Assembly (NCBI GenBank): GCA_965249275.1
Contig: CBDFLQ010000007.1
Coordinates: forward strand, 128,001-192,000
Length of the DNA: 64,000 nt
From: Dehalococcoidia bacterium
Lineage (GTDB): Bacteria > Chloroflexota > Dehalococcoidia > Plut-88900
Reading direction: 5' to 3'
Shown in pieces: positions 28,680 through 39,269 of this stretch (the first letter of the stretch is position 1; the number at the start of each line of letters is the position of its first letter). The notes beneath the pieces were generated by a model. The model was not told where the DNA came from, did not search any database, and worked only from the letters and a program-made list of their open reading frames with translations. The translations under genes and the position numbers were made by a program.

Positions 28680-29753
28680 ATGAACACCCACACCCTCCGA
28701 TGCACCGCCTGCTCCCGAGACCACGCCCCCGACATGCGTACTCTGCACTGCCAAGAGTGCGCCTCCCCCCTCGTCGTGGCCTATCCCTCTGATGCAGAAC
28801 CCGTCCTCAATGCTTGCCCCGTCTCCCTCGGCGAAGGACACGCACCAGTCGTAACCCTGCCGACCATCGCTGACTCCCTTGGCCTGAAATCCCTCTACAC
28901 CAAGCTGGAGTTCGCCTCCCCGACCGGCTCCTTCAAAGACCGAGGCACCGCGGCCATGATTGCCGCCGCCCGAGAGTTCGGTATCAACGAGCTAGTCGAG
29001 GACTCCTCCGGCAACGCCGGGGCCTCCGTAGCTGCCTACTCCGCCCGATGTGGCATCAAGGCCCACGTCTTCGCCCCCGACTCCGCCCCCGATACCAAGC
29101 TCCGCCAGATCAAGGTCTATGGTGCAGAGCTGCACCTGGTCCCCGGCCCCCGAGAAACCGCCGCCGAGGCCGCCCTCGCCTTCTGCGAAGAACACAACCT
29201 CGTCTACGCCTCCCACAACCTGAGCCCCTACTTCCTGGAGGGCACAAAGACCTTCACCCACGAGCTTCCCGCAAACTTCCCGGACGGTCTCCCCGACCAC
29301 ATCGTCATGCCCGTCGGCAACGGCTCCCTCTTCCTGGGCGCGTGGCTCGGGCTACGAGAGCTCCAACGCCGCGGCGCTATAAACACCCTCCCGAAGCTCC
29401 ACGTAGTCCAGGCCGAGCCCGTCATGCCCATCGTCGCCGCCTTCCGAGGCCAAACCTGGGCCCCGTCTCCCGGCGCCCGCACCATTGCCGGCGGCATCTC
29501 CGTCGCCAACCCACCAAGACTCACCCACGTCCTCAGCATCCTCCGAGAGTCCGGCGGCAACGCCGTCGCCATCCCGGACTCCGAGATCAAAACCTGGCAG
29601 ACCCGCCTCGCGCAATCCGAAGGCCTCTTCTGCGAACCCACTTCCGCCGCCGCCTTTGCCGGCCTCCCAGCTCTCATCGCGTCTGGTGCAATATCGCCTA
29701 CCGAGACCGTCCTGGTCCCGATTACAGGCTCAGGCCTGAAGGACCCTACCTGA
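28680..29753 (+). CDS. Threonine synthase-like PLP enzyme
   Basis: CxxC/CxxC N-terminus, PTGSFKDRG, SSGNAG, PVGNG, EPTSA, TGSGLK. Confidence 0.85.
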   Translation: MNTHTLRCTACSRDHAPDMRTLHCQECASPLVVAYPSDAEPVLNACPVSLGEGHAPVVTLPTIADSLGLKSLYTKLEFASPTGSFKDRGTAAMIAAAREFGINELVEDSSGNAGASVAAYSARCGIKAHVFAPDSAPDTKLRQIKVYGAELHLVPGPRETAAEAALAFCEEHNLVYASHNLSPYFLEGTKTFTHELPANFPDGLPDHIVMPVGNGSLFLGAWLGLRELQRRGAINTLPKLHVVQAEPVMPIVAAFRGQTWAPSPGARTIAGGISVANPPRLTHVLSILRESGGNAVAIPDSEIKTWQTRLAQSEGLFCEPTSAAAFAGLPALIASGAISPTETVLVPITGSGLKDPT

Positions 29754-29803
29754 TCCCGATGTTGTATCATGAAACTCCTCGTATAACGCCATAGGAGCCA
29801 ACC

Positions 29804-31381
29804 ATGCCCACCCCCCTCCGCCCCTCCCTAGCCCCTTACGAGGCCTACCCTCTCTTCAAGGTCCTTCAGCGCACCGCCACCCGCCTCCCCGACAAAACTG
29901 CCGTCATCGACGGTGACCGCACCTTCACCTTCTCGCAGCTTGACGAACAGAGCGACAGGTTCGCCGCCGCCCTCGCGGGTCTCGGCGTGGTAAAGGGGGA
30001 CCGAGTCGGTCTCTTTGCTCCAAACTGCGCCGAGTTCGTCACCGCCTACTTCGGCATCCTGAAAACCGGCGCAGTCGTAGCCCCGGCAAACGCCGCCTAC
30101 CGCGCCCGAGAGCTAACCCACCAGATGGACAACTCAGATGTGAAAGTGCTCGTATCGCATCAGGCCAACCTCCCCGTGGTGGAAGCCGCCCGCCCCGACC
30201 TTCCCGGCTTGAAAACCGTCATCAACGTTGGACCCAATGCCCCCGACACCCTGAACTTTGACCAACTCATCTCCGAATCCGAACCCACCCCTCCTTCCGT
30301 CACCATCGATCCGAAGGAAGACCTTGCCGCCTTGCCTTCTTCCAGCGGCACCACCGGTCTCCCCAAGGGCGTCATGCTCACCCACTTCAACCTCACCAGC
30401 AACCTCGAACAGACCCTCAAGCGTCCCGGCGAAGCCTCTGCCCCCACCGAAGACGATGTCCTTTTGGTCCACCTCCCGCTCTTTCACAGCTACGGCATGA
30501 CCGTTCTGATGAACACCGCCATCGCCGCGGGGGCCACCCAGGTCCACATGGGCCGCTTCGACATGGACCTCTTCCTCGACCTCGTTCCTCGACACCATAT
30601 CACCATGCTCTTCACCGTCCCGCCCGTCGTCCTAGGCGTGGCCCAGGTCCCGGGCATCGAGTCCCATGACCTCTCTTCCCTCCGAGTCTGCCTCTCCGGC
30701 GCTGCCCCCCTCTCCGAGGAGCTTCAGACCCGGTTCGAGCGGCTGACCGGAGTCCCGACCGTCCAGGGCTACGGCCTAACCGAGACCTCCCCCGTCACAA
30801 ACATGGATTTCGTAGACCCCGCGCGCCGGCGCCCCGGCTCCATCGGTCCGCCAACCGCAGACACCGATGAGAAGATTGTCGACCCCGAAGACGGTTCTCG
30901 TGAACTTGCGCCCGGAGAGATCGGCGAGTTGATCATCCGCGGCCCTCAGGTCATGAAGGGCTACTGGCGCAACCCAGAGGCCACCGCCGAGACCATAAAG
31001 GACGGTTGGCTTTACACTGGCGACATGGCCCACATGGACGCCGACGGCTACGTCTACATCGTCGACCGGAAGAAGGAGCTGATCAAGTACAAGGGCTTCC
31101 AGGTCGCCCCCGCCGAGATGGAGGCCCTCCTCCTCGAGCACCCCAATGTCGCCGACGTTGCCGTCGTCGGCAAGCCCGATGAAGAGGCCGGCGAGCTTCC
31201 CAAGGCCTACGTTGTCGCCAAGGATTCGTCCCTAACCGCCGCCGACGTCATGTCCTTCGTCGCCGAGCGCGTGGCCGGTTTCAAGAAGATCCGTGAGGTC
31301 GAGTTCATCGACGAAATCCCCAAGAGCCCTTCAGGCAAGATCCTCCGCCGCGTCCTCAGCGACATGGAAAAGGCCCGTTAA
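29804..31381 (+). CDS. Acyl-CoA ligase (long-chain/4-coumarate type)
   Basis: SSGTTGLPKG, GYGLTE, TGD, DRKKELIK, PSGKILRR. Confidence 0.92.
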   Translation: MPTPLRPSLAPYEAYPLFKVLQRTATRLPDKTAVIDGDRTFTFSQLDEQSDRFAAALAGLGVVKGDRVGLFAPNCAEFVTAYFGILKTGAVVAPANAAYRARELTHQMDNSDVKVLVSHQANLPVVEAARPDLPGLKTVINVGPNAPDTLNFDQLISESEPTPPSVTIDPKEDLAALPSSSGTTGLPKGVMLTHFNLTSNLEQTLKRPGEASAPTEDDVLLVHLPLFHSYGMTVLMNTAIAAGATQVHMGRFDMDLFLDLVPRHHITMLFTVPPVVLGVAQVPGIESHDLSSLRVCLSGAAPLSEELQTRFERLTGVPTVQGYGLTETSPVTNMDFVDPARRRPGSIGPPTADTDEKIVDPEDGSRELAPGEIGELIIRGPQVMKGYWRNPEATAETIKDGWLYTGDMAHMDADGYVYIVDRKKELIKYKGFQVAPAEMEALLLEHPNVADVAVVGKPDEEAGELPKAYVVAKDSSLTAADVMSFVAERVAGFKKIREVEFIDEIPKSPSGKILRRVLSDMEKAR

Positions 31382-31459
31382 CCTCGGCTCGGATCACCGT
31401 GGCGCGTGCCTGTTGACTCTACATAATGGCCTTACCGACGAGAGGATACCCCTAGCCCC

Positions 31460-32638
31460 ATGCCTCGGCTCTTGGAAGTCCTCCTCATCGCCACCCGACT
31501 GGGCCTAACCTCCTTCGGCGGCCCCATTGCCCACATCGGCTACTTCCGCGATGAGTACGTAGTCCGGCGCGCCTGGCTCACCGAGCAGCGCTTCGCCGAG
31601 CTAGTAGTCCTCTGCCAGTTCTTGCCCGGCCCGGCCAGCAGCCAGCTTGGCATGGCCATAGGAATGCGTCGTGCCGGAATCTTCGGTGCCTTGGCCGCGT
31701 GGCTCGGTTTCACCCTCCCTTCAGCTATCGCCCTCGTCCTCTTCGCATATGGTGTAGAGGAACTCGGCGGAGAGGCCACAGAATGGTTGCACGGCCTGAA
31801 GGTCGTGGCCGTTGCAGTTGTCGTCCTCGCCTTGTGGGGCATGGGCAAAACCCTCGCCCCCGACAGGTCCCGAGTCACCATCGCCGTCTTGGCCGCAGCA
31901 GCGCTCCTTTTCACAGAAGGCGTGCTGATTCAGCTCGCCGTCATTGCCGGCGGTGCCGTCCTCGGCCTCACCTTCCTCCGCCCGACCACCCCCACCCAAG
32001 CCCCTCCCCCCGACAAACAGACCGGCGCGGGCGTCGGAGCCCTGGCCCTCGTCGTCTTCCTTGCCTTCCTTCTGGCCCTCCCTGTCGCAAACCACCTCCT
32101 CGACAACTTCCCCCTCGCCATCGCAGATAGCTTCTACCGCTCCGGGGCCCTTGTGTTTGGCGGCGGACACGTCGTCCTCCCCCTTCTTGAGGCAGAAGTC
32201 GTCCCGACAGGCTGGGTGACCAAGGACGACTTCCTCGCCGGCTACGGTGCGGCCCAGGCCGTCCCGGGCCCTTTGTTCACATTCTCGGCCTACCTTGGCA
32301 CTGCGACGGGAGTCCTGTCCCCGCGATGGCTTGGAGGCCTGCTGACCCTCGGCGCCATTTTCCTGCCATCGCTCTTGCTGGTCGTGGGCGTGCTTCCCTT
32401 CTGGGAGCGGATACGAGGCTTCACACATGTCCGGGGTGCGCTGGTGGGCGTCAACGCTGCAGTCGTCGGCATCCTTCTGGCAGCCCTCTACGACCCCGTC
32501 TGGACCAGCGCAATCACCTCCCCTCGGGATTTCGCCCTAGCCGCGGCCGCACTCGCACTTCTGGCCTTCTGGAAAGCTCCTCCTTGGTTGGTAGTCCTGT
32601 TGACCGGCGGGGCCGGGGCCCTACTGAACCTGATGTAG
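31460..32638 (+). CDS. chrA: Chromate efflux transporter
   Basis: Duplicated SFGG/VFGGG and PGP motifs; about 11 TM helices. Confidence 0.9.
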   Translation: MPRLLEVLLIATRLGLTSFGGPIAHIGYFRDEYVVRRAWLTEQRFAELVVLCQFLPGPASSQLGMAIGMRRAGIFGALAAWLGFTLPSAIALVLFAYGVEELGGEATEWLHGLKVVAVAVVVLALWGMGKTLAPDRSRVTIAVLAAAALLFTEGVLIQLAVIAGGAVLGLTFLRPTTPTQAPPPDKQTGAGVGALALVVFLAFLLALPVANHLLDNFPLAIADSFYRSGALVFGGGHVVLPLLEAEVVPTGWVTKDDFLAGYGAAQAVPGPLFTFSAYLGTATGVLSPRWLGGLLTLGAIFLPSLLLVVGVLPFWERIRGFTHVRGALVGVNAAVVGILLAALYDPVWTSAITSPRDFALAAAALALLAFWKAPPWLVVLLTGGAGALLNLM

Positions 32639-32679
32639 GACTCTTTAGCCGTGTTCCGTGTTTGCGGCGTCTCCGCAAA

Positions 32680-32708
32680 TTGACCCCTAAAATCAAGGGT
32701 GCTATCCT
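32680..32708 (+). promoter_or_regulatory. Putative sigma70-type promoter
   Basis: TTGACC-17 bp-TATCCT with extended TG. Confidence 0.4.
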
Positions 32709-32754
32709 CAATCCCAACTTCGTGCCGGACGCCCGAGTCCGAAGGAGGACGCCC

Positions 32755-32973
32755 GTGTACACACTGATTAGGTCCCTGCCCCTGCGCTCGCTTCTGACCG
32801 CCCAGACTCCGGCTTTGGCTGCCTCCTGGATTATCGCTGAACTCCTTTACAAGTTCGGCAGCTTCACGTTGGAGCTTTCCGCCTTCTTCGCCACCTGGTT
32901 TGTCATAGACACCGTTCTATCCTTCGCGCTCCGCTTCTTTTCTAAGCGAAAGACCGGCGACTCCCAAGCCTGA
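32755..32973 (+). CDS. Small (72 aa) membrane protein
   Basis: AGGAGG RBS followed by GTG; hydrophobic AELLYKFGSFTLE...ATWFV segment. Confidence 0.7.
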   Translation: MYTLIRSLPLRSLLTAQTPALAASWIIAELLYKFGSFTLELSAFFATWFVIDTVLSFALRFFSKRKTGDSQA

Positions 32974-33021
32974 TTCCCTACGCTCCCTTCAAATTAATCT
33001 CATCGGCTCTGGAGGACTTGA

Positions 33022-36000
33022 ATGGCCTTTGACCAGTCCCTCCTTCGCACCATGGAGTGGCGGTGCATAGGCCCGCCACGCGGCGGCCGAGTCGTCGCCG
33101 TTACCGGTGACCCCGCCGACCCCATGACCTTCTACTTCGGCGCTTGCGCCGGAGGCGTCTGGAAGTCCGACGATGGCGGCGCATACTGGCAAAACGTCTC
33201 CGACGGCTATTTCAAGACCGCTGCCGTCGGCGCAATGGCAGTCGCCGAGTCGGACCCCAACGTCGTCTACGCCGGCATGGGCGAGGCTTGCATCCGCACC
33301 GACGTCTCCCACGGCGACGGCGTCTACCGCTCCTCAGACGCGGGCCGCTCCTGGTCGAATATCGGCCTGCACAACACCCGACACATATCCCGAGTTCGTG
33401 TCCACCCAACCAACCCTGACCTGGTCTACGTCGCCGCCCTCGGCCACGCATGGGGCCCCAACCCCGAGCGCGGCATCTTCCATTCCTCCGACGGCGGTCA
33501 GACATGGGAGCACGTCCTTTACAAGAACGATATCACCGGCGCTGCAGACCTTTCTCTCGACCCGAACAACCCTCGGATAATGTTCGCCGCCCTCTGGCAA
33601 GTCCAGCGTTATCCCTGGGCATTGTCGAGCGGTGGCCCGGGCAGCGGCATCCACCGTTCGACCGACGGCGGACTTACCTGGCAGGATGTCACCCGTCACC
33701 CCGGCCTCCCCGAAGGCATCATGGGCCGCATAGGCATCGCCGTATCCGCCGCCAAGCCTGGCCGGCTCTGGGCCACCATCGAGTCCGAAGACGCAGGCCT
33801 CTTCCGCTCCGACGATTACGGCGACACCTGGTCCCTCGTCAGCGATAACCGAGACCTCCAGGGCAGGCCCTGGTACTACCAGCACGTCTTCGCCGACACC
33901 AAGGACCCCGACTCCCTCTGGATTCTCAACTACAAGACCTGGAAATCCATCGACGGCGGTGCGAACTTCTTCGAGGTCACGACCCCCCACGACGACAACC
34001 ACGACCTCTGGATCGACCCTCAAAACCCCCTCCGCATGATCGAGGGTAACGACGGCGGTGCTTGCGTATCTTTCAATGGTGGTGAGACCTGGTCTTCCAT
34101 CTACAACCAGATGACCGCTCAGTTCTATCACGTCACCACCGACAAACGGACCCCATATCGTGTCTACGGTACCCAGCAGGACAACACTTCCGTCAGCGTC
34201 CCTTCCCGCAACAGGAAGGGCGCGATCACTTGGGAAGAGTGCCGCGTCGTCGGTTCGGGTGAAAGCGGCCACATCGCCGTACACCCCGACAACCCGAACG
34301 TCGTCTTCGCTGGCGCCATCGGCAGCTCTCCCGGCGGTGGTGGCAACCTCCTCCGCTACGACTACGCCGCCGACCAGACCCGCATCATCACCGTCTGGCC
34401 CGAGCTATACACCGGCCTCGGCGCGAAGGAGATGAAGTACCGCTTCCAGTGGACCTATCCCATCTCATTCTCCCCCCACGACTCCGACACCCTCTACGTC
34501 GCCGGTAATCGCCTTTTCGCCTCCCGAGACCAGGGCCAAAGCTGGCAGGTCATCAGCCCCGACCTCACCCGTGACGACCCTTCCACACAGGAACCCTCCG
34601 GCGGCCCCATAACCAAGGACACCTCAGGGGCCGAGGTCTACGGCACCATATTCGCCTTCGCCGAGTCCCCCGTCGAGCCCGGTCTCTTCTGGGCAGGCTC
34701 CGACGACGGCCTCATCCACGTCTCCCGGGGTGGTGGGCATTTCTGGACCAATGTCACCCCTAAAGGACTGCCCGATTGGGCCCTCGTCTGCAACATAGAG
34801 CCTTCATGTCATGACCCCGCCGTAGCCTATATCTGTGCCACCCGCTACCGTCTCGACGACACCCGTCCCTATCTCTTCCGGACCGCCGACTACGGGCAGA
34901 CCTGGACGCCTATCGTCGATGGCATTCCGGTTGACGACTTCACCCGCGTCCTGAAGGAAGACCCGGAACAACCCGGCCTCATATACGCCGGCACCGAGAC
35001 CTCTATCTACTTCTCTGCTGACAACGGCGATAGCTGGCACCCCCTTTCCGCCAACCTTCCCAGCGTCCCCGTCTATGACATCACAGTGCAGGGCAACGAA
35101 ATGGCCGTCGCCAGTCACGGTCGCGGCTTCTGGATTCTCGACGACCTCCACCTCCTCCGCCAACTCGCCGAGTTTGAAGACTCCGGCATAACACACCTCT
35201 TCGCATCTAAGGACACCCTCAGGATGCCCGGCCCCAAGGAGACCAGCGGCAAGGCCACGGCGGGCGTTTCCACCTCCGTGGGCAAGAAGTACCGCATCGC
35301 CCTCGAGACCCCCGCCACCTACTTCGAGACTCCTCGACCAGGGCTAAAGCCCCGACGCGTTTTCCTAAATGCCGGCCAGAACCCCGAGGAAGGCGTCGCC
35401 TTCGACTACTTCCTCGAAAGCGCTGCCCAGTCCGCATCCTTAAGTATTCTCGACAGCCAGGATCGCGTCGCCGTCTCCTGCACCCCGGATTCCGAAGACA
35501 CATCCCTCCCCACAGCCCAGGGCATCAACCGCTTCGTCTGGGACATGCACTATCCTCCCGGCATCAAGCTCCCCGGTGACAAGACCACCGAGGACGATGT
35601 CGCTTCCGGCCCCCTCGCCCCTCCCGGCCTCTACAAGGTGCGCCTAAATATCGATGGCGCTTTGCATGAGGAACAGTTCCGCATTGTCAAAGACCCCAAC
35701 TCCGCGGTAACCGACGACGATCTAGTTGCCCAGTTCGACCTCCTCATGCAGGTCCACGCCAAAGTCTCCGAGACCCATCTTGGACTCATCAGGCTCCGCA
35801 GCATCACTGACCAGATCACCCGGTGGCGGGAGCGGGCTCTGGGTATGGGCGCCGAGGAAGCCGTGTCCACCGCCGACGAAATATTGGAAACCCTTGGCAA
35901 TGTCGAAGAACAGCTCGTCCAGACCCGATTCAAGGGCGCAAGAGACCGCCTACACTATCCTGTCCGACTCAATAAGAAACTCTCTGAGCTTACAAAGGTC

Positions 36001-36183
36001 GTTGGCGCAGGCGACTACCCTCCCACCGACCAGGCCCGAGCCGTCTTCTTAGATATCTCCGATCGCATCGATCAACATCTGGTCCGGTTGGATGAAACCA
36101 TCCTGACCGGTGTCGCCAAGTTCAATGATCAAGTGGGTTCGCTGGGTTTAATCCCCGTGGATGTGAGCCCCAGCCAGCCTTGA
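33022..36183 (+). CDS. BNR/Asp-box (VPS10/sortilin-like) repeat 'glycosyl hydrolase'
   Basis: WRCIGPPRGGR N-terminus and many SxDxGxTW Asp boxes; no signal peptide. Confidence 0.88.
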   Translation: MAFDQSLLRTMEWRCIGPPRGGRVVAVTGDPADPMTFYFGACAGGVWKSDDGGAYWQNVSDGYFKTAAVGAMAVAESDPNVVYAGMGEACIRTDVSHGDGVYRSSDAGRSWSNIGLHNTRHISRVRVHPTNPDLVYVAALGHAWGPNPERGIFHSSDGGQTWEHVLYKNDITGAADLSLDPNNPRIMFAALWQVQRYPWALSSGGPGSGIHRSTDGGLTWQDVTRHPGLPEGIMGRIGIAVSAAKPGRLWATIESEDAGLFRSDDYGDTWSLVSDNRDLQGRPWYYQHVFADTKDPDSLWILNYKTWKSIDGGANFFEVTTPHDDNHDLWIDPQNPLRMIEGNDGGACVSFNGGETWSSIYNQMTAQFYHVTTDKRTPYRVYGTQQDNTSVSVPSRNRKGAITWEECRVVGSGESGHIAVHPDNPNVVFAGAIGSSPGGGGNLLRYDYAADQTRIITVWPELYTGLGAKEMKYRFQWTYPISFSPHDSDTLYVAGNRLFASRDQGQSWQVISPDLTRDDPSTQEPSGGPITKDTSGAEVYGTIFAFAESPVEPGLFWAGSDDGLIHVSRGGGHFWTNVTPKGLPDWALVCNIEPSCHDPAVAYICATRYRLDDTRPYLFRTADYGQTWTPIVDGIPVDDFTRVLKEDPEQPGLIYAGTETSIYFSADNGDSWHPLSANLPSVPVYDITVQGNEMAVASHGRGFWILDDLHLLRQLAEFEDSGITHLFASKDTLRMPGPKETSGKATAGVSTSVGKKYRIALETPATYFETPRPGLKPRRVFLNAGQNPEEGVAFDYFLESAAQSASLSILDSQDRVAVSCTPDSEDTSLPTAQGINRFVWDMHYPPGIKLPGDKTTEDDVASGPLAPPGLYKVRLNIDGALHEEQFRIVKDPNSAVTDDDLVAQFDLLMQVHAKVSETHLGLIRLRSITDQITRWRERALGMGAEEAVSTADEILETLGNVEEQLVQTRFKGARDRLHYPVRLNKKLSELTKVVGAGDYPPTDQARAVFLDISDRIDQHLVRLDETILTGVAKFNDQVGSLGLIPVDVSPSQP

Positions 36184-36205
36184 GACTCGACATAAGGAGC
36201 GTAAA

Positions 36206-37342
36206 GTGCCGGAACAAACCCGACAACCCCTCGCCAACATCCAACGTCTGAAAGAGCACATGGCCGCCGAGGGCCTCGCCGCCGTCGTAGCACGGTCCGG
36301 CAAGAACTTCGCATACCTCTCAGGCGTCGCCTTCCCCGGCACCCTCGCCCGGCACCTTGACCTCGCAGACTCCCCCAGAGATGTCTTTTGCATCTGGCCC
36401 CTCGAAGGCGACCCCGTAATTATTATCAGCGCCCTCGGTGTTCCCGTCGTCGAACGAGATTCCTGGGTGACCAGGCTGGAGGTCGTCCAGGACTACGTCG
36501 AATCACCCCGCCAAAAGCTCGCCGCCGTGCTCACCGACATGGGCGTAGCCGACGCCAAGATCGGCATGGAAGCGTCCTACGTCAACGCTGCCCGCTGGGC
36601 CGAAATGCAGTCCCTCCTCCCCAACGCCGACTTCGTCGACTGCACGTCCCTCATGAACTCAGTGCGCTGGATCAAGACCGACGCAGAGGTCGCACTCCTT
36701 AAAGAAGCCGCCGACATCCAGGACGACGCCCACCTCGAAGTCTTCCCAACCATCCGTCCCGGCGACCGTGAGCGTGACGTCCACAGCCGTTTCATGAAGA
36801 GCCACTTAGAAAGGGGCTGCCATTTCGTCCACGGCGTCCTCACCTCTCATCGCAACACCTCCATGTACCTCGGCGAAAGCGACCTTGTCATTCAGGCCGG
36901 CGACATCATCCGCACCGACTACGTTTCCTACCTCCACGGCTACCCCGGCCACCAGTCCCGCATGGCCGTAGTCGGCCAACCCTCCCCCGACCAATCCCGC
37001 ACCTACGCCGAATACCGGGACATCTACCTGAAACTCATCGAAAAATGCACCATAGGCACCAAGGTCAGCGAGCTTTACTTCTTCGGCAGGGAGATGCTTT
37101 TGGCCAAGGGTTTCCCGCACAACCCCGCCTCGTTCGTTGGGCACAGCGTCGGTAGCTGGTGGCACCAGCAGGAGCCCTTCCTGGTCAAGGGTTGGGACGT
37201 AGAGATCGCCGAGAACATGGTCCTCGCCATCGAGCCCTACGTCGACTACTGGCACCTCCAGGACATGGTCCACATCACCAAAGACGGCCCCCAAATCCTC
37301 TCCAACCGCTTCGACACCTCTAGCCTTTTTGTCACACAATAG
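36206..37342 (+). CDS. M24 family (Xaa-Pro peptidase/creatinase-like) protein
   Basis: RWIKTDAEV, GDIIRTD, GHSVG, LAIEP. Confidence 0.82.
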   Translation: MPEQTRQPLANIQRLKEHMAAEGLAAVVARSGKNFAYLSGVAFPGTLARHLDLADSPRDVFCIWPLEGDPVIIISALGVPVVERDSWVTRLEVVQDYVESPRQKLAAVLTDMGVADAKIGMEASYVNAARWAEMQSLLPNADFVDCTSLMNSVRWIKTDAEVALLKEAADIQDDAHLEVFPTIRPGDRERDVHSRFMKSHLERGCHFVHGVLTSHRNTSMYLGESDLVIQAGDIIRTDYVSYLHGYPGHQSRMAVVGQPSPDQSRTYAEYRDIYLKLIEKCTIGTKVSELYFFGREMLLAKGFPHNPASFVGHSVGSWWHQQEPFLVKGWDVEIAENMVLAIEPYVDYWHLQDMVHITKDGPQILSNRFDTSSLFVTQ

Positions 37343-37405
37343 TTCTCCATTGGGTCGCTTGGTTATAGTATAATTGTGGCAGTTGCACCTATTTGGGAGC
37401 GCACA

Positions 37406-37960
37406 ATGGTTGAAACCAAACTCCACAACCTAACTTACGAGGACTATCTCAAGACTCCCGACGATGAGCGGTGGGAACTCCTCAACGGAGAATTGTTGAT
37501 GGTAGCGAGTCCCAACACCGCTCACCAGATCGTGACGGGAAATCTATATTGGCATTTGCGCGCATTCGTAGATAAGAGGGGTTTGGGCAGGGTCTTCGTC
37601 GCCCCGTATGATGTCGTTCTTTCTTCCCATAACGTACTCCAGCCCGATGTCCTGTTTATACCTGAAGAGCAGCAATCACTTATCACCGCCGAAAATGTGA
37701 AGGGCTCGCCCGCACTGGTTGTTGAGGTGATTTCACCTTCTTCCGGGGCCCGAGACCGGGAAATCAAGCGGCGCATTTACGCTCAGCAAGGAGTTGGAGA
37801 GTACTGGCTGGTGGATCCTGTCGCATACACCCTCTCCGTCATGGTTCTGCAAGGTGAGCAGTTTCGGCAAGTGGGTGTGTACGGCCCGGAGGATGTCCTT
37901 ACTTCTCCGGCGCTGCCGGGGCTCGCCCTTGAGGGTCGGGATATTTTCGCGGATGTCTGA
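37406..37960 (+). CDS. Uma2 (DUF820) family endonuclease
   Basis: ELLNGEL, QPDV, LVVEVISPSS, KRRIYA, EYWLVDP. Confidence 0.92.
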   Translation: MVETKLHNLTYEDYLKTPDDERWELLNGELLMVASPNTAHQIVTGNLYWHLRAFVDKRGLGRVFVAPYDVVLSSHNVLQPDVLFIPEEQQSLITAENVKGSPALVVEVISPSSGARDREIKRRIYAQQGVGEYWLVDPVAYTLSVMVLQGEQFRQVGVYGPEDVLTSPALPGLALEGRDIFADV

Positions 37961-37987
37961 CCGTCCTGCGGCAACCGGATAGTGAGG

Positions 37988-39268
37988 CTAAGAAAACTCC
38001 AACGCCTCCGCTGCCACCAACTCCCCGATCTCCTCTTCACTCAACCCCGCGAACTCCTTCAGTACCATCTCGCTGTGCTCCCCGACCAACGCCTGCGCCC
38101 ATCTCAGCTTACCCGGCGTCTTAGACAGCGTAAACTGCAGCCCGTCGTAGGGCATGGGCCCGCACTCCGTGTGCTCCAGCATCTGGTAGAAGCCGAGATG
38201 CGCCAGCTGTGGGTCGTTCCACAGCTCCGACTGGCTCTGCACCACCCCCGCCGGGACCCCCGCCCCTTGCAGCATCTCCATCAGCGCCCGTGACTCGAAC
38301 CCCGACGTCCACCCCGAGACTATCTCGTCCAAGGCCGCAGAGTTCTCCAACCGCTTCCCCATCGACTCAAATCTTGGCTCGACCTTCAGCTCCGGCGTCC
38401 CCATCGACTCACACAGCGCCCTCCACTCCTCCTCCGAGGTCACCGCAATCGCGCACCAGTGCCCGCCTTTGCGTATAGGCGTCTCAGGCTCGTTTTCGGG
38501 CGCGGCACAGGGATAGATCCCGTGGGGAGCATACGCCTCGTCACTGTTGCCATTTCTGCGCATCACACGGCCTGTTGCCTGGTAGTCGAGCGCCAGCGGC
38601 GAAAGATACTGAATTGCACACTCGAATTGGGCGAGATCTATGTGCTGTCCCTTCCCCGTCCGATCCCTGTATAGGAGCGCCGCCAAAATCGCCGCTGCCC
38701 CGTTAGGCGGATTGATGAAATCGCTGTAGGCGCCGTATGGAGGCAGTGGTCCATGGTCTGGCCATCCCGTCAGGTGATAGAAACCCGCATGCGCCGCCGC
38801 CTGCATCCCAAACCCCGCAAACGCCGACTTGGGCCCCGTCTGGCCCTGCTGGCAGGCGCTGAACAGGATGATGTCTTCCTTGATCTTCTTCAAGGTTTCA
38901 TAGTCCAGGCCCCACCTTTTCTTGACGACCGGGGTGAAGCTCTCCGCCACCACGTCGGGCTGCCACTCCTTAACCAGCCTTCGAATCAGGTCTTGAGACT
39001 CGGGTTTCGACATGTTCAGCCCCAGCCCGTATTTGCTCGTGTTGTAAATTGCGGGAAACTGGCTGCTGTTTATGCTTGATATTCCGTCCTTGCACGGCGG
39101 TGCCGCACGGAGGTCGTCCCGCCGGGTCACCGACTCCACCCTGACAACCGTGGCCCCGTTGTCTGCCAGGTATTTGATGGTTATCGGCCCGACCGCCACC
39201 CACGTGAAGTCCAGCACCTTCAGACCTTCAAGGGCCATCCCCTTTCCCGTGTCCAGTCCAGCGCTCAA
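37988..39268 (-). CDS. CaiB/BaiF family III CoA-transferase
   Basis: VLDFTW...GP, GATVVRVE, ESF, GQTGP, GKGQHIDLA, VGEHS. Confidence 0.9.
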   Translation of the reverse strand: MSAGLDTGKGMALEGLKVLDFTWVAVGPITIKYLADNGATVVRVESVTRRDDLRAAPPCKDGISSINSSQFPAIYNTSKYGLGLNMSKPESQDLIRRLVKEWQPDVVAESFTPVVKKRWGLDYETLKKIKEDIILFSACQQGQTGPKSAFAGFGMQAAAHAGFYHLTGWPDHGPLPPYGAYSDFINPPNGAAAILAALLYRDRTGKGQHIDLAQFECAIQYLSPLALDYQATGRVMRRNGNSDEAYAPHGIYPCAAPENEPETPIRKGGHWCAIAVTSEEEWRALCESMGTPELKVEPRFESMGKRLENSAALDEIVSGWTSGFESRALMEMLQGAGVPAGVVQSQSELWNDPQLAHLGFYQMLEHTECGPMPYDGLQFTLSKTPGKLRWAQALVGEHSEMVLKEFAGLSEEEIGELVAAEALEFS

Positions 39269-39269
39269 C

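Noticed and set aside
37406-37960. Uma2 nuclease as mobiliser of the repeats
   Set aside because: It is not flanked by REPs or micro-insertions, and nothing in the sequence links them.
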